64,000 nt of DNA from Octopus vulgaris (lineage: Eukaryota), in assembly GCA_951406725.2 (NCBI GenBank), contig OX597814.1, positions 215,512,001 through 215,576,000 of the forward strand, given 5' to 3'. The notes below the pieces were generated by a model. That model was given only the letters and a program-made list of their open reading frames with translations, had not been told where the DNA came from and ran no database searches. The first letter of the stretch is position 1. Each line of letters starts with the position of its first letter. A program made the translations under genes and the position numbers. This document shows, piece by piece, positions 24,914-37,560 of the stretch.

Positions 24914-25300
24914 GGCGCAATGGCCCAGTGGTTAGGGCAGCGGACTCGCGGTCGTAGGATCGTGGTTTCGATTCCCAGACCGGGCGTTGTGAGTGTTTAT
25001 TGAGCGAAAACACCTAAAGCTCCACGAGGCTCCGGCAGGGGATGGTGGTGATCCCTGCTGTACTCTTTCACCACAACTTTCTCTCACTCTTACTTCCTGT
25101 TTCTGTTGTACCTGTATTTCAAAGGGCCGGCCTTGTCACTCTCTGTGTCACGCTGAATATCCCCGAGAACTACGTTAAGGGTACACGTGTCTGTGGAGTG
25201 CTCAGCCACTTACACGTTAATTTCACGAACAGGCTGTTCCGTTGATCGGATCAACCGGAACCCTCGTCGTCGTAACCGACGTAGTGCTTCCATCCATCCA
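24914..25300 (+). mobile_element. SINE family A, full-length young copy
   Basis: GGCGCAATGGCCCAGTGG, GGTTTCGATTCCC, family 3' end, (CATC)n tail. Confidence 0.85.
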
Positions 25301-25564
25301 ATGTGAGAAATATATTTTCGTTTTTTGTTGTTTATATCAAGTAATTTTACCTTCTAAAACAATTAAAATTTTTATTTCTTTTCCAATGTTCAAGGTGTTG
25401 ATGTATGATAATGAAATAAATACTAATTTTTGATATAAATATATTTATTAAAATAATTAATTTCGTGTTTGTTTATTTACAATAAATATATGTCTTCGAT
25501 AACAATAATACTGTTTAATTATCACTTAATTACTGATATAACATATTGATTACAGACAATAATA

Positions 25565-25650
25565 TACTACTACTACTACTACTACTCTACTGCTGCTGCT
25601 GCTACTACTACTACTACTACTAATAATAATAATAATAATAACAATAGCAC

Positions 25651-25683
<33 letters not shown>

Positions 25684-25711
25684 CAACAACAACAACAACA
25701 ACAATAATAAT
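25565..25711. repeat. Compound triplet array (TAC)n/(TGC)n/(TAA)n/(CAA)n
   Basis: Directly visible; abuts the Dong/R4 fragment. Confidence 0.95.
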
Positions 25712-25712
25712 A

Positions 25713-26665
25713 CAGGCTGTACATGATTAGGTATAAACGTGGACGTGGGCTAATTAGCGAACAGGAGTGCATCAACAGAGAAAGAAGAAACATATCAGAA
25801 TACTTGGTAAGCAGCAAACAAGACCTGCTACAATATGCTGCTAATGCAGAAGGAATTATCAAAAGTGGCCTTGAGAGTGTTAATGAATTCCCATCACGGA
25901 TAGCCAACGAGAGAGAAGAAACTTTACTCCGCATGGAATTACATGGTCAGTTTCACCATGAAACTAATAACTTAAAAAACTAGGAAGCATCATGGAGGTG
26001 ACTCAGCAAGGGTGACCTTAAAAGAGAATATTGAAAGCCTAATCATCGCTGCCTAGGATCAGGCATTGAATACCAACTCTGTAGAAAGAGATATATACCA
26101 CACAAGTGCAACGAACCTCAGCAGTATGTGTGGGAAGAGGGTCGAAAACGTGACTCACATTATTAGTGCTTGTGAAAGTCTTGCGAAGAAAGACACGACA
26201 AAGTAGCCCAAAACTTCCACTGGGTACTATACTGGAAGTATGGATACGAGGTAACGGGTGCTTGGTACCAACATACACCGGAAAATATAATGGACGAAAA
26301 AGGGAAATCAAAAATCCTCTGGAACTTTGGCTTCCAGACACACAATGTGTTAGAGCACCGAAGGCCGGATATAGTAACCTTTAGGAGGGACAAACAAGAG
26401 TGCCATATAATCCTCGTGGCAGTGCCAGGTGATCAACATATTACCATGAAAGAAAGGGAAAAGTTTGATAAATATGGAGACCTTAGAATTGAGATCGCCA
26501 AGATGTGGAGACTAGGAGAGTCAAGCATAAAGGTTGTCCCTGTTGTCATCGGAGGATTGGGTTCAATACCACCCAGACTGAAGAAACTGGGAACTACAAT
26601 TTAGGTGTATTGCAAACTGCACGCATATTGCGTAAAGTACTGTCAGTCTGAGGTCTTTGTTGTGA
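25713..26665 (+). mobile_element. 5'-truncated, decayed R4/Dong-clade LINE (zinc knuckle and restriction-like endonuclease)
   Basis: RLYMIRYKRGRGL; MCGKRVENVTHIISACESLA..RHDKVA; KILWNFGFQT..HRRPDIV..VAVPGD..EK..KYGDL..VVPVVIGGLG; TARILRKVL*. Confidence 0.85.
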
Positions 26666-26842
26666 ATCAGATATTAGGAATCTTCCAGAGAAACAGTGCA
26701 TCCTCACTGATCTTTGTGCTTGTAATGATGCCTTTGACTGAAATACTGCAGAAGACTAAGTTTGGAGTACAATCTGGGAAGTGGTTAAAGGTAAGCTTAA
26801 CCACGTGCAAAATCCTGAGGGATTTCACAATCCAGACAGATC
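26666..26842 (+). mobile_element. Second, heavily deleted R4/Dong fragment
   Basis: GIFQRNSASSLIFVLVMMPL (RT 'GIFQGDSLSPLLF') joined to CKILRDFTIQTDR. Confidence 0.6.
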
Positions 26843-27030
26843 GACCAGAAGAAAATTCTAACTGGGCCCCACCTGCAAGATCATGTGCTGTTTATCTTTA
26901 TATGAGATCACCATGTCGCGCACATTTGGTTGTGATGCATGTGTCTAGTGTACCCTTATCAGACGGGTATACTGGGCTTCGTATATTTTACCCCATTGTC
27001 ACTTGGATGGCATGCACTGCTCTCTCACTC
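26843..27030 (+). mobile_element. 3' part of the (AAT)n-associated non-coding element (see 44373-44930)
   Basis: High identity to ~44727-44930, ending CTCTCTCACTCA then (ATA/ATG)n. Confidence 0.85.
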
Positions 27031-27065
27031 AATAATGATGATAATAATGATGATAATAATGATGA

Positions 27066-27235
27066 TTTCAAATTTTTTGCCAAAAGGGCAGTTTTGGAAG
27101 GGGATTAAATCGATTACAGTGACACCCTAGTGCGTAGCTGGCACTTATTTAATCGACCATGAAAGTATGAAAGTCAAAGCCGACCACGGCGGAAATTGAA
27201 CTCAGAACGTAAAAACGGAGGAAATCCCGCTAAGG
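27066..27235 (-). mobile_element. SINE family B (diverged)
   Basis: GAACTCAGAACGTAAA and AATCGAC motifs match the family B reverse complement. Confidence 0.65.
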
Positions 27236-28053
27236 AGTGATGCTGATGTGGGGGATCATAATACGGATGCAGATGTACAGATAAGATATTCAACCATTCA
27301 TCTATCAGAGCACGCGCATTTACACATACATTCACACTGATACATAAGCAGCACACACACACACACACATGCACGTATGCACACACACACTGATGAATGT
27401 ATGTACACACACACAATAAATCTGAGAGAGTAAATAAGATATAATTTCTTGTTAGAGTTGATTATTGTTCCCTTACTTCGTGTTTCGTGTATAGTCAAAG
27501 CGGTTGTCAGACTGCGCATGACTAAATACAAAATTGAAAAATACAAAGTATGCCAACGGAATTTATTATGAGCATTTAGCCTTTTACTGTATCATGCAGA
27601 AAACTCGGTGTTTGTTTAGCTATGGCTGTGTATATATTTATCGATGATTCAACTGGATTTTACTTCTCGTAATTTGCTATGTAAAATTTGTTTCCGTGTT
27701 AGTATTTGTATATTATTTCCGTAATTTTTTGACTATCAGTTTAATAGATTACGATATGATATATTATTTCGCTACACTGTATAACTAGCGATACGTTTCT
27801 TCTTTTATGTAAGATGTGGTATATATAATGACTGACCTGTCGTTACTGATTTGTTCAACATGTCGTTCTTTAAATTTCCATACATATTTGGAGAATGCTG
27901 CCGTGTTTTGCTTTTCCTAATTCCTTAAAATAGATTTATGGTTGAGGAACTCTTTTATATAGCTCCTCATCATGGCTTTATTTGGCGCAGACTTCTTTGA
28001 TATATTTATTTGTAACGGCAGCGAAAACCCCAATATACATACATTACATTACA

Positions 28054-28094
<41 letters not shown>

Positions 28095-28686
28095 CATACA
28101 CATACATACATATATATATATATATATATTTGCATATATACACATACACACATACAAACCCACACACACACGCACACACAAACGCTCATATATGTGTGTG
28201 TGTGTGTGTGTGTGAGTATATATATATATTATCCTGCCCATGAAGTCAGCGATGTTACATCATTTGAAGGCTACACCTGTTCTAGGAAGCGTATTGTTCC
28301 CGAGGGGGTATAACCGCATCCGAGAGTCTGGGTCAATAAAGTACAGATAGGGGATTCTATACGTGTTCCTTCTACATGTATAGCTTTCTAACGCCTTACC
28401 AGAAATAAAACACGTGTAGCGTAGAATTAAAAATATACCAAATTTTTCAAGTCCTTTCCGTATATGCACCTATTTATATATATATGAAATATTGTTCGCA
28501 CCTTGGAATACATACTTCCCTTTTTCTTCACTGACACCTACAAACCTCTGCTTCCCCATTTCCCCGTCCTATATAACCGCTTCTCCTGTATACCTGTACA
28601 TGTAATTTTTGTTTGCATTACTCCACGTACTAAAGGAATACCCAGCCAAAATCTATACATGAAGCCAGGAAAACCGAAGCAAACCA

Positions 28687-28723
28687 CTGTCTGAGGACAG
28701 CTAATAAGCAGAAACTTAGAGTA
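28687..28723 (+). ncRNA. Hammerhead motif lacking the 3' strand of stem I
   Basis: CTGT CTGAGGA CAGCT-AATA-AGCA GAAA CTTAGAG TA, then unrelated sequence. Confidence 0.55.
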
Positions 28724-29475
28724 TTTTTCTTGAAATGTGTGTATATGTGTACGTATGTGTGTACGTACGTGTGTGTGTGTGTGCGCTGGGTGTCTGTGTG
28801 GTTTTGTTTGCATACCTTGCTTGTCTGTATCAAATCATTTGTCTGGTGTCCTTCTGAAATGATATTAGTTTAGTCATATCTGCGTCTCTGTTCTTACTTA
28901 TGATACACTTCATTTAATTACTTTAGTAAATGTTTGCAGACTTCACTATATTTCTCTTCATTTGTTTTTGTTTTGTTTTTGCTTTTTCTTTTCCTTTACG
29001 TGTCACTGGTTCACTGCATTCCGCTCTGTCTGTATTGACAGGCTGACTCTATTTCTCAATAATATTGCAAAAAGATAACATTCCAACATATAAGCTGTTT
29101 GTTATTTTGTTTTACAAGTCTATGCTCAATTTGTCTGGATACTCTCATTGCAAATCTATAGACTGATATGTAAATTTGTTCTGATATATGACAGTCATAT
29201 TTTATAAGACTACGCTGATTTTGTTGACGTTTAACCTAAGATTAGGTATGATCGAACGAAGATACGATAAAAGCGTTCCAATCACAAACACTCTATCTAT
29301 ATTTTGTTGAAATTAATGCATCTAAGACCATATTATCAAACGTGTCCTTTCGTTTTCCTAATGGTATGGCGTCATTTGAAGGAGAGGATGCTGCTACCGC
29401 TTGCAGGTCTCTCCTAGACTCGTTAAGCCGAGGTAGTTATATTTACATTTAGAATTTGCTCTTTACAAGACAAGT

Positions 29476-29900
29476 GGCGTGTCGCTTAGTGGTTAGGGTC
29501 ATTGGACTCAGAATCGTAGGATTGTGGTTTCGCTAAGGCGGCGAGCTGGCAGAATCGTTAGCACGCCAGGCGAAATGCTTAGCAGTATTTTGTCTGCCGT
29601 GACATTATGAGTTCAAATTCCGCCGAGGTCGACTTTGCCTTTCATCCTTTCGGGGTCGATTAAGTAAGTACCAGTACGCACTGGGTTCGATGTAATCGAC
29701 TTAATCCGTTTGTCTATCCTTGTTTGTCCCCTCTAAGTTTAGCCCCTTATGGGTAATAAAGAAATAAGGATTGTGGTTTCGATTCCTGGACCGGGTGACG
29801 AGTTGTGTTCTTGAGCAAAACACTTAATTTTACACTACTCCAATTCACTTAGCTGGCCAAAGTGAATAATCTTGCGACGAACCGGTGTCCCGTCCAGGTG
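29476..29900 (+). mobile_element. SINE family A-related host element split by a family B insertion
   Basis: tRNA head 29476-29532 resumes after 29781 with ATTCC..GTGTTCTTGAGCAAAACACTT. Confidence 0.75.
29533..29766 (+). mobile_element. SINE family B, full length, with a 15-bp TSD
   Basis: AGGATTGTGGTTTCG at 29518-29532 and 29767-29781. Confidence 0.9.
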
Positions 29901-30230
29901 GCGGAATATATACACCGGAAAGCTGGCATGGCTCGAGAAGGAAATATTTATTTCTATTTTATTACAAGACAGGTTAATAATTGCTGTTTCGTATCTTCTT
30001 TCCAGAGCTGCTCTGTGTTCATGGCCAGGACAATCGTTAGCGGATAAAATCGCATCGTATATATGCTATGTACAGTAATTAGTTATATATTGTCACTGAA
30101 ATCATTGTATGTATATGTGTGTGTGTGTGTGAGTAAGGGATTACTCCAAAATATTTACCGCTTTGCTCACAGTTAGGGATTCAAAATAGGTTATTGAATA
30201 GTTAATATATAAATCCAATATTGTTCTTAT

Positions 30231-30453
30231 ATTCTTTTACTCTTTTACTCTTCTACTTGTTTCAGTCATTTGACTGTGGCCATGCTGGAGCCACCACTCA
30301 TTCGTGTGTTCCTTTAGTCGAGCAAATCGACCCCAGGACTTATTCTTTGTAAACCTAGTACTTATTCTATCGGGATCTTTTGCCGAACCGCTAAGTTACG
30401 GGGCCGTAAATACATCAGCATCGGTTGTCAAGCGATGTTGGGGACAGACACAG

Positions 30454-30540
<87 letters not shown>

Positions 30541-30709
30541 CATACGACGGGCTTCTTTCAGTTTCTGTCTACCAAATCCACTCACAAGGTTTTGGTCGGC
30601 CCGAAGCTATAGTAGAAGACACATGCCCAAGGTGCCACCCAGTGGGACTGAACCCGGAACCATGTGGTTGGTAAGCAAGCTTACTTACCTCACAGCCACT
30701 CCTACGCCT
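30231..30709 (-). mobile_element. SINE family C
   Basis: Full-length reverse copy with a short private insertion near 30296-30310. Confidence 0.9.
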
Positions 30710-30823
30710 ATGTAATGAGAATTTAGAGATATATCCCGTTGGATAATTCTGAATATATTACCTTAACTATATATGTTTCCTGGAGTATATAATATCAGCA
30801 ATAATAACAACAACAACAACAAC

Positions 30824-30858
<35 letters not shown>

Positions 30859-30867
<9 letters not shown>

Positions 30868-30986
30868 GGATTATTACGAAGTTGCATAGCATTACCTTTG
30901 ATTCTTTTAATATATATACAGCTTTACATATATATTAAAAGAATTAAAGGTAATGCTGTGCAACTTCGTAATAATCCTTATTATTA
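30859..30986. repeat. Fold-back inverted repeat (~59-bp arms, 10-bp spacer)
   Basis: AAGGATTATTACGAAGTTGCA...TGCAACTTCGTAATAATCCTT, two mismatches. Confidence 0.85.
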
Positions 30987-31234
30987 TATATACGTGTGTG
31001 TATACGCTTGCGTGGTTATGTATATTGCCGCGCGCGCGCATGCACCCTTGTGTTTCAATTTTGCATATCATCTTCGAGAACAACTTACATTGTATAAAAT
31101 TATTTTTTAGTGTCTGAACTACAAGTAGGTTACATAACTATTAAGCAAATGCATGCTTTTTTTTATCATTTTTGGCCGGCCGTTCGGCAGGCAGAGATTT
31201 GGACTTGGTTGAAGTTTTAGAACGAATTGTCAAT

Positions 31235-31430
31235 ATAAGAGCTGGTAGAATCCCTATCAAGCCGGACAAGATACTTAGTGGCATTTCGTTCGTCTTTACG
31301 TTCTTGGTTCAAATTCCAGCGAAGTCGACTTTGCCTTTCAAATAAGTGCCAATTAAACAATGGGGTCGAGGAAATTGACTTAACCTCTCCCATGAAAATA
31401 TTGACCTTGTGCCCGAATTTTAAGCCAAAA
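31235..31430 (+). mobile_element. SINE family B (degenerate)
   Basis: GAGCTGGTAGAATC, GGTTCAAATTCC, GTCGACTTTGCCTTTCA. Confidence 0.65.
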
Positions 31431-31442
31431 CTTACATATATT

Positions 31443-31863
31443 GGCGTAGTTGTATGATAAGAAGTTTGCTTCCTAACCACATGGTTCCGATTGCAGATCC
31501 ACTGCGTGGCACCCTGGGCAAGGGTCTTCTACTATAGCCTCGGGCCAACCAAAGCCTTGTCAGTGAAATTGGTAGACGGAAACTGAAAGAAGCCCGTCAT
31601 ATATATATATGTGTGTGTGTGTTTGTGTGTGCGTGTATATATTTGTGTGTCTGTGTTTGTCCTCCCTCATCATCGCTTGACGACTGATGCTGGCGTGTTT
31701 AGGTCCCCGTAACTTAGCGGTTCTACAAGAGAGACCGATAGAACAAGTAGTAGGTTTACAGTGAATAAATACTGGAGTCGATTTCTTTGACTAAAATCCT
31801 TTAAGGCGGTGCTCCAGCATGGCCACCGTCAACGGACTGAAACAAGTAAAAGGATAAAAGAAT
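31443..31863 (+). mobile_element. SINE family C (older subfamily)
   Basis: Collinear with other copies; head variant AAGAAGTTTGCTTCC. Confidence 0.85.
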
Positions 31864-31899
31864 AGTGTATTAGATCAGCTTACGAACCAAAGGATCTAC

Positions 31900-31984
<85 letters not shown>

Positions 31985-32653
31985 CTGTGTGTAGACAGGC
32001 GAGGGTGGGAGAATAGATAGATAGATATCCATATACAAGTGCATACAATTATATAACTTGGTCGTTAACGAAACCCCGTCGCATATGTTGTTGGTCAATT
32101 ACTAGTTTTATAACCGTCTATACTTTTTTTTAAAAATTTCTTGTATTTTTCTTTTTCTTTCTTTGGCTTTTCTTTTACTTATTTCCCACATCGGCTTCAT
32201 ATGTAAAATACTTATTTTATATTGCAATCTCTTCTTGCCCTCTGGAGTGGAAATTAATCTCCATTTTCTTACAACTTAGAACTATAATATTGTTTTAATA
32301 TTATTCTTTGAACTTTCGAGTTTTTATGGATCTGCTGTGGCTTCCAAATTCAGTTCTTCCTTGTTTTTCCTTTTCTATCAGCGTTACTTATCCGTACGTA
32401 CGTACATATGTAAGTACTGACGTACATGAATACGTATATAAATTCATACATACTTGCATATTTATGTACGTACGTACAAATGTATGTGCGCGTGTACGAG
32501 CGCGCATGCGTCATATTTAATTTCTCTTGAGAATTGGTTTACATTCAGTAATTGACACTAAATAGGTTTGAAGTAACTGCTTATAGTCGAAAACTATAAA
32601 TATTACATTGATGCTATAGTGATGCAATTAACCATAATGGTTTACATATATCT

Positions 32654-32696
<43 letters not shown>

Positions 32697-33349
32697 TGAG
32701 TGCCTGTGTGTGTATGTGTGTGTGTGTAGCTTTTTATATATGTGTGTGTGTGTGTGGTTGTGTGTGTTTGTGTGTGTGTGTGTGATTGTGTGTGTTTGTA
32801 TGTGTACGCATGTATGTATAATGTACGTATTAAGTTGTCAGATTAACTCGTTCGTTATTTTCTACGCTGCAGCACATCGCCATAGATCTGAAAAGAGGTA
32901 AAATTTATTCAAATATTAGAAACTATAAACAGCATTTGCAGAAGAAGAATAAACCTACACAACCCATAAAACACTCAGAGAAAAATATTTGCCATATTAC
33001 TTCGGGTAACATTGGAAAGGATTAAAATAAATCGTTAGAGGTAGGGAACAAAAAAAAAAACAACTTATCAGCATCCAAACATCTGCGTCTAATCGTCTTA
33101 TCTCTTCTTGAAATTAGTATCTATTATGAAGTGAAAAAATTCTTTCGTCACACTTTTGTGGCCAGCCCTGAATACAATTCCGGTATATCAGTTAAAATTC
33201 AGTGACGGAAAGCTTTTATAGGTCGCGGAGTATATCATTCCCTTCATATATTTCTTATATTTTCTCCTTTATCTGTTTTCTGTTGGTTATTAACTTTTGT
33301 TAACATTCATTTAAAGTATTTCAGTTTAACATAAAATGTAATTACAAAA

Positions 33350-33560
33350 CAGCGAAATGCCAGAATCGTTTGCATGTCAGGCAAAATGCTTAACTGCATT
33401 TCGTCCGTTTTTTGTGCTCTGAGTTCAAATTCCGCCGAGCTTGACTTTGCCTTTCATCCTTTGGAGGTTGATAGAATAAGTACTAGTTGAGTATTGGGAT
33501 CGATATAACGGACTTAGCACTTCCTTCAACATTACTGACCTCGTGCCAACGTCTGAAATC
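33350..33560 (+). mobile_element. SINE family B (degenerate)
   Basis: GAGTTCAAATTCCGCCGAG..GACTTTGCCTTTCATCCTTT. Confidence 0.7.
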
Positions 33561-34010
33561 AATATAAAAAGTAATTATATTTTGGTCTGTTTTTATTTTG
33601 TATGTAACTGGACCATGTGTTCATCTTCAATCAGAATGAGGTGACAGCAATCAACAGTACTTAAGGAATGCGTATCGCCCCATCCTCAATCGGTTTTACA
33701 CGTTCTTTGAAAGTACTGCTGTAAACAGCGGGAGGGAGCTGGAACGTTAAAACTTAGTGCGCAAGCACAGCAGAGTTCTAGGTCAATATTTACCAAGCAG
33801 CTTCACTCTACGTGCTTAGTTTCATTACTATAGCAAAAGTCCGGATACTTATTGATCAGATGTCGTATATATATATATATATTAATCAATATAAGGGTAG
33901 CAAAAAATTCAAGAAAAATTTTTCGCCACCAGTGGTCTAGTGAGAAAGAAAAATAGTCACAGACTATATATATATAATTTCAACAATATTAAGGAATGGC
34001 CCTGATAGGC

Positions 34011-34171
34011 CATTCAACCCACTAGAAAGAGCAGCCAAACTCAAACCGCTAAATAGTTGTAATTCTGAAATCGAAAGAGAAATAAAAAACATTTACCCTT
34101 TTATTTCTCTTTCGATTTCAGAATTACAACTATTTAGCGGTTTGAGTTTGGCTGCTCTTCTAGTGGGTCGA

Positions 34172-34174
<3 letters not shown>
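34011..34174. repeat. Fold-back inverted repeat (~76-bp arms, 11-bp spacer)
   Basis: 34011-34087 versus 34099-34174, nearly perfect. Confidence 0.9.
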
Positions 34175-34240
<66 letters not shown>

Positions 34241-34429
34241 ATTTAGTATGGAGAGCAGTATGCAATGTTTTACCAAAAAGGAAAACTATAATTGTCACTA
34301 AATATGACTAGGGTGTTAGAACACCTACTTATATAAAAATAAGATCTGAAAAGCTCTAATGCTGTGGTTAAAACACATTATTGTATACATATCTACTGAC
34401 CGTAATCGCCCGAAAGCACCGGTCGAGAA

Positions 34430-34472
<43 letters not shown>

Positions 34473-34629
34473 AGTAGAAAGATTTTTTTCAACATCTAAA
34501 TACCGAGCAGTATATATAATGAATAAAATCCTTTTTAAGAGCAGAAACATTTGCCGGCAACCAGCCATTCTCTACTTGTTCTACAATATATTTCAACGCT
34601 TTAAAAACAAACTTGTTTGTTTACATATG

Positions 34630-34701
<72 letters not shown>

Positions 34702-34989
34702 TATGTATTTATGTATATATGTATGTATGTATTGCAGCGTGGAAGGTGTTTATAAGACATTTAAGAAACACACAAAAAACGTTAGATTCACTTCAACATT
34801 TAAATGTATATATGTATATGTGTGTGTGTATGTATGTATGTATGTATGTATGTATGTATGTATGTATGTATGTGTGTATGTATGCATATGTATGTATATA
34901 TCTATATTATATATATATCTATATCTATATATATGTGTGTGTGTGTCCATGTATGTATATATCTATATCTACCTATCAGTCTATCCATA

Positions 34990-35079
<90 letters not shown>

Positions 35080-35847
35080 TATATATATATATATATGATA
35101 GGTGCACTCAAATATTTGTGTGTTTTATTGCATGAAGGAAACCAATATTTCTGCTACTGATAGAAAATGAATAGAAGTAAGAAAGAAAGAAGGAAAGAAA
35201 GAAAGAATGAAAGAAAAGGAGCAGGGGTATAGGAAGAATGGCGCGAGCAACAATTCACTGTTTGAAATAAGTCGTTTTACAAGAAAATAATGCTCGCCTT
35301 TTGTTCCTTTCAACGAACTGTCAATAAGTGTTAATCTTTATTAACTCACTGGAAACGGTTTAAGACATTTAGTAGTGCTCGTTGGAAAATGGCGTAAGTA
35401 CGTCACTTATTAAAAGGTCTGAATAAGAGGCCCAAATGGCAATCTGACAGATGTCTATTGCCGGCTGACATTGGGGGGTTTTCTCAATAATACTTCTCGA
35501 CGCTTCCACCAATGCTTTTATCAGCAGCAGGCGCACGTGCTGAACTACTTATGTTTAATTTGTCTTCTCTCTTACTTTCTCACTGTCACTGTCTGTTTGT
35601 CTATCCGTCTGTCTGTCTGTCTGTCTGCCTCTCTCTCTCTCTTTCTCTCTCACTCTTTCTTTCCGTTTCTACTTTTTTGCTTCCCACACTCTTATATTTT
35701 CCTCATAGATACACCATAAACTTTCGACAATAATGTGTAAGACCGCCCTTACACACACACACACACACACACATATATATGTGTGTGTGTGTATATATAT
35801 ATACACATGCATACGTACGTACGTACATACATACATATATACATACA

Positions 35848-35877
<30 letters not shown>

Positions 35878-35878
<1 letters not shown>

Positions 35879-36262
35879 CTCTCTATATAAACGGCAGTTT
35901 GTCTGTGTGTGTGTCTGTGTGTCTGTTTGGTTGTACCCTCACCCTGACCACGGCTTTCAACCGATTCTGATGAAACTCTGACACACACACATAGCCCAAT
36001 GTCATAATTCAAAACTAACGCAGCGAAAATTTTGAAAAGTTCCCCCAGTTCTGAAAAAGATCGATAAATTCGACATGGGGTCGACAATCAGAAACACAAA
36101 CCACAGATGGTCTAGGGGACGCAACTCGACCTTTTTAACTATTAAAAAAATTTACCATCATTTTTTTCCCCATTTTTTTGCTATTTTTTGGCTATAACTC
36201 TCTAAAAATGCTTTATAGTTATTTCCCTTACAAACCCGAGCAACGCCGGGTGATACTGCTAG
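35878..36262 (+). mobile_element. Non-autonomous Helitron
   Basis: A|TCTCTCTATATAA ... CCCGAGCAACGCCGGG TGATACTG CTAG|T. Confidence 0.85.
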
Positions 36263-36292
36263 TACAATATAGATTTGAGTTGAAACCATATA

Positions 36293-37500
36293 TTAGGTCG
36301 TCAAGTATGAAATTTGTAGAAAAGAAAAGAAATTGCTAATGTCTTCTAAATACAAGGAATAATTTTATTCATCAAAGTATGCACCCATATTGTCAATACA
36401 TGTTTGCCATTTCAGCGGTATCTTGTCCAACTCGGAACTGTAAAAGTCTGGCAATCTAAAGTCAATAAAATCTTGGAAGACCTATTTTACAGCATCGTCG
36501 GAATCAAATTTTTTTCCTATCAAAAGGTTATCCAAATTCTGGAAGAAGTGGTAGTCACTGGGGGCAAGATCAGGTGAATATGGTGGATGATGGAGAACTT
36601 CTAACTCAAACTCTTGTACTTTCGCCAATGTCATTTTTGCAATGTGCGGTCGGGCGTTGTCTTGCAATAAAATAGGAGTGGGTCTGTTGAATAATCGAGG
36701 CTGTTTGTGTGTTTTTGTAAGTTTCTGCATCATTTGGTCCAGTTGGCTGCAGAATACTTCGGCCTTGATTGATGTGCCAAGTTCAATGGAATCATAATGG
36801 ATCAAATCTGTGCCAGACCACCAAACACACACCATCAGCTTCTTTTGATGAATTTTCTTTTTGGACTGTGTTTTAGTGGCTCGTCTTTGTCCAACAATTG
36901 TGCTGAACGTTTACAGTTGTTGTACAGGATCTATTTCTCATAACATGTAACAATTCAATACAAAAATTATTCATTTTTGTAACGAGAAAGTAGCATAATA
37001 TAGGCTTCCAAACATAACTGCTTCTGATTTTCATTGAGTTCATGTGGAACCTACTTATCCAACTTTTTCACTTTACCGATTTCAACACGGTGAGTCAATA
37101 TTTTGACTTGCTAACACCAAACAACAACGATAATTCACGGGTACTTTGAGATGTATCTGACTCGACGGTGGCTTTCAGTTCGTTATTATCCACCTTTGTT
37201 TCTGATCGACTGCGTTCCTCATTTGTGAGGTCAAAGTTATCAGGACGAAATTTTGCAAACCAATTTGATACTGTTTGCTGTGTAATAACATTAGAACGAA
37301 ATACTCCGTTAATATTCTGAGCTGTCTGTGATGCCGTATTTCCAAGAAAGAACTCATATTTCAAAACTGTACGAATTTCCAACTTATCCATCTCTGAACA
37401 AAAATAGCAAAAGACGATTTATAAAGTGAGTTAGAATAAAGAAATGGATGTGTCAGCTTTCTACCAAAAAATAAAGATTGTATTATAGTGCATTGTTGTG
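36293..37500 (-). mobile_element. Near full-length decayed mariner (cecropia/Hsmar1-like)
   Basis: N-terminus MDKLEIRTVLKYEF..WFAKFR (37095-37391), DK*VPHE, LQDNARPH, HPPYSPDLAPSDYH (36482-36835); one TIR TA|TTAGGTCG; the other TIR was not found. Confidence 0.9.
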
Positions 37501-37516
37501 TCATTCAAAACATTTT

Positions 37517-37560
<44 letters not shown>

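Noticed and set aside
24914-24990. Possible true tRNA genes here and at 521, 7242 and 38473
   Set aside because: They lack complete cloverleafs or acceptor stems; most run directly into SINE bodies and 38473 lacks the anticodon arm.
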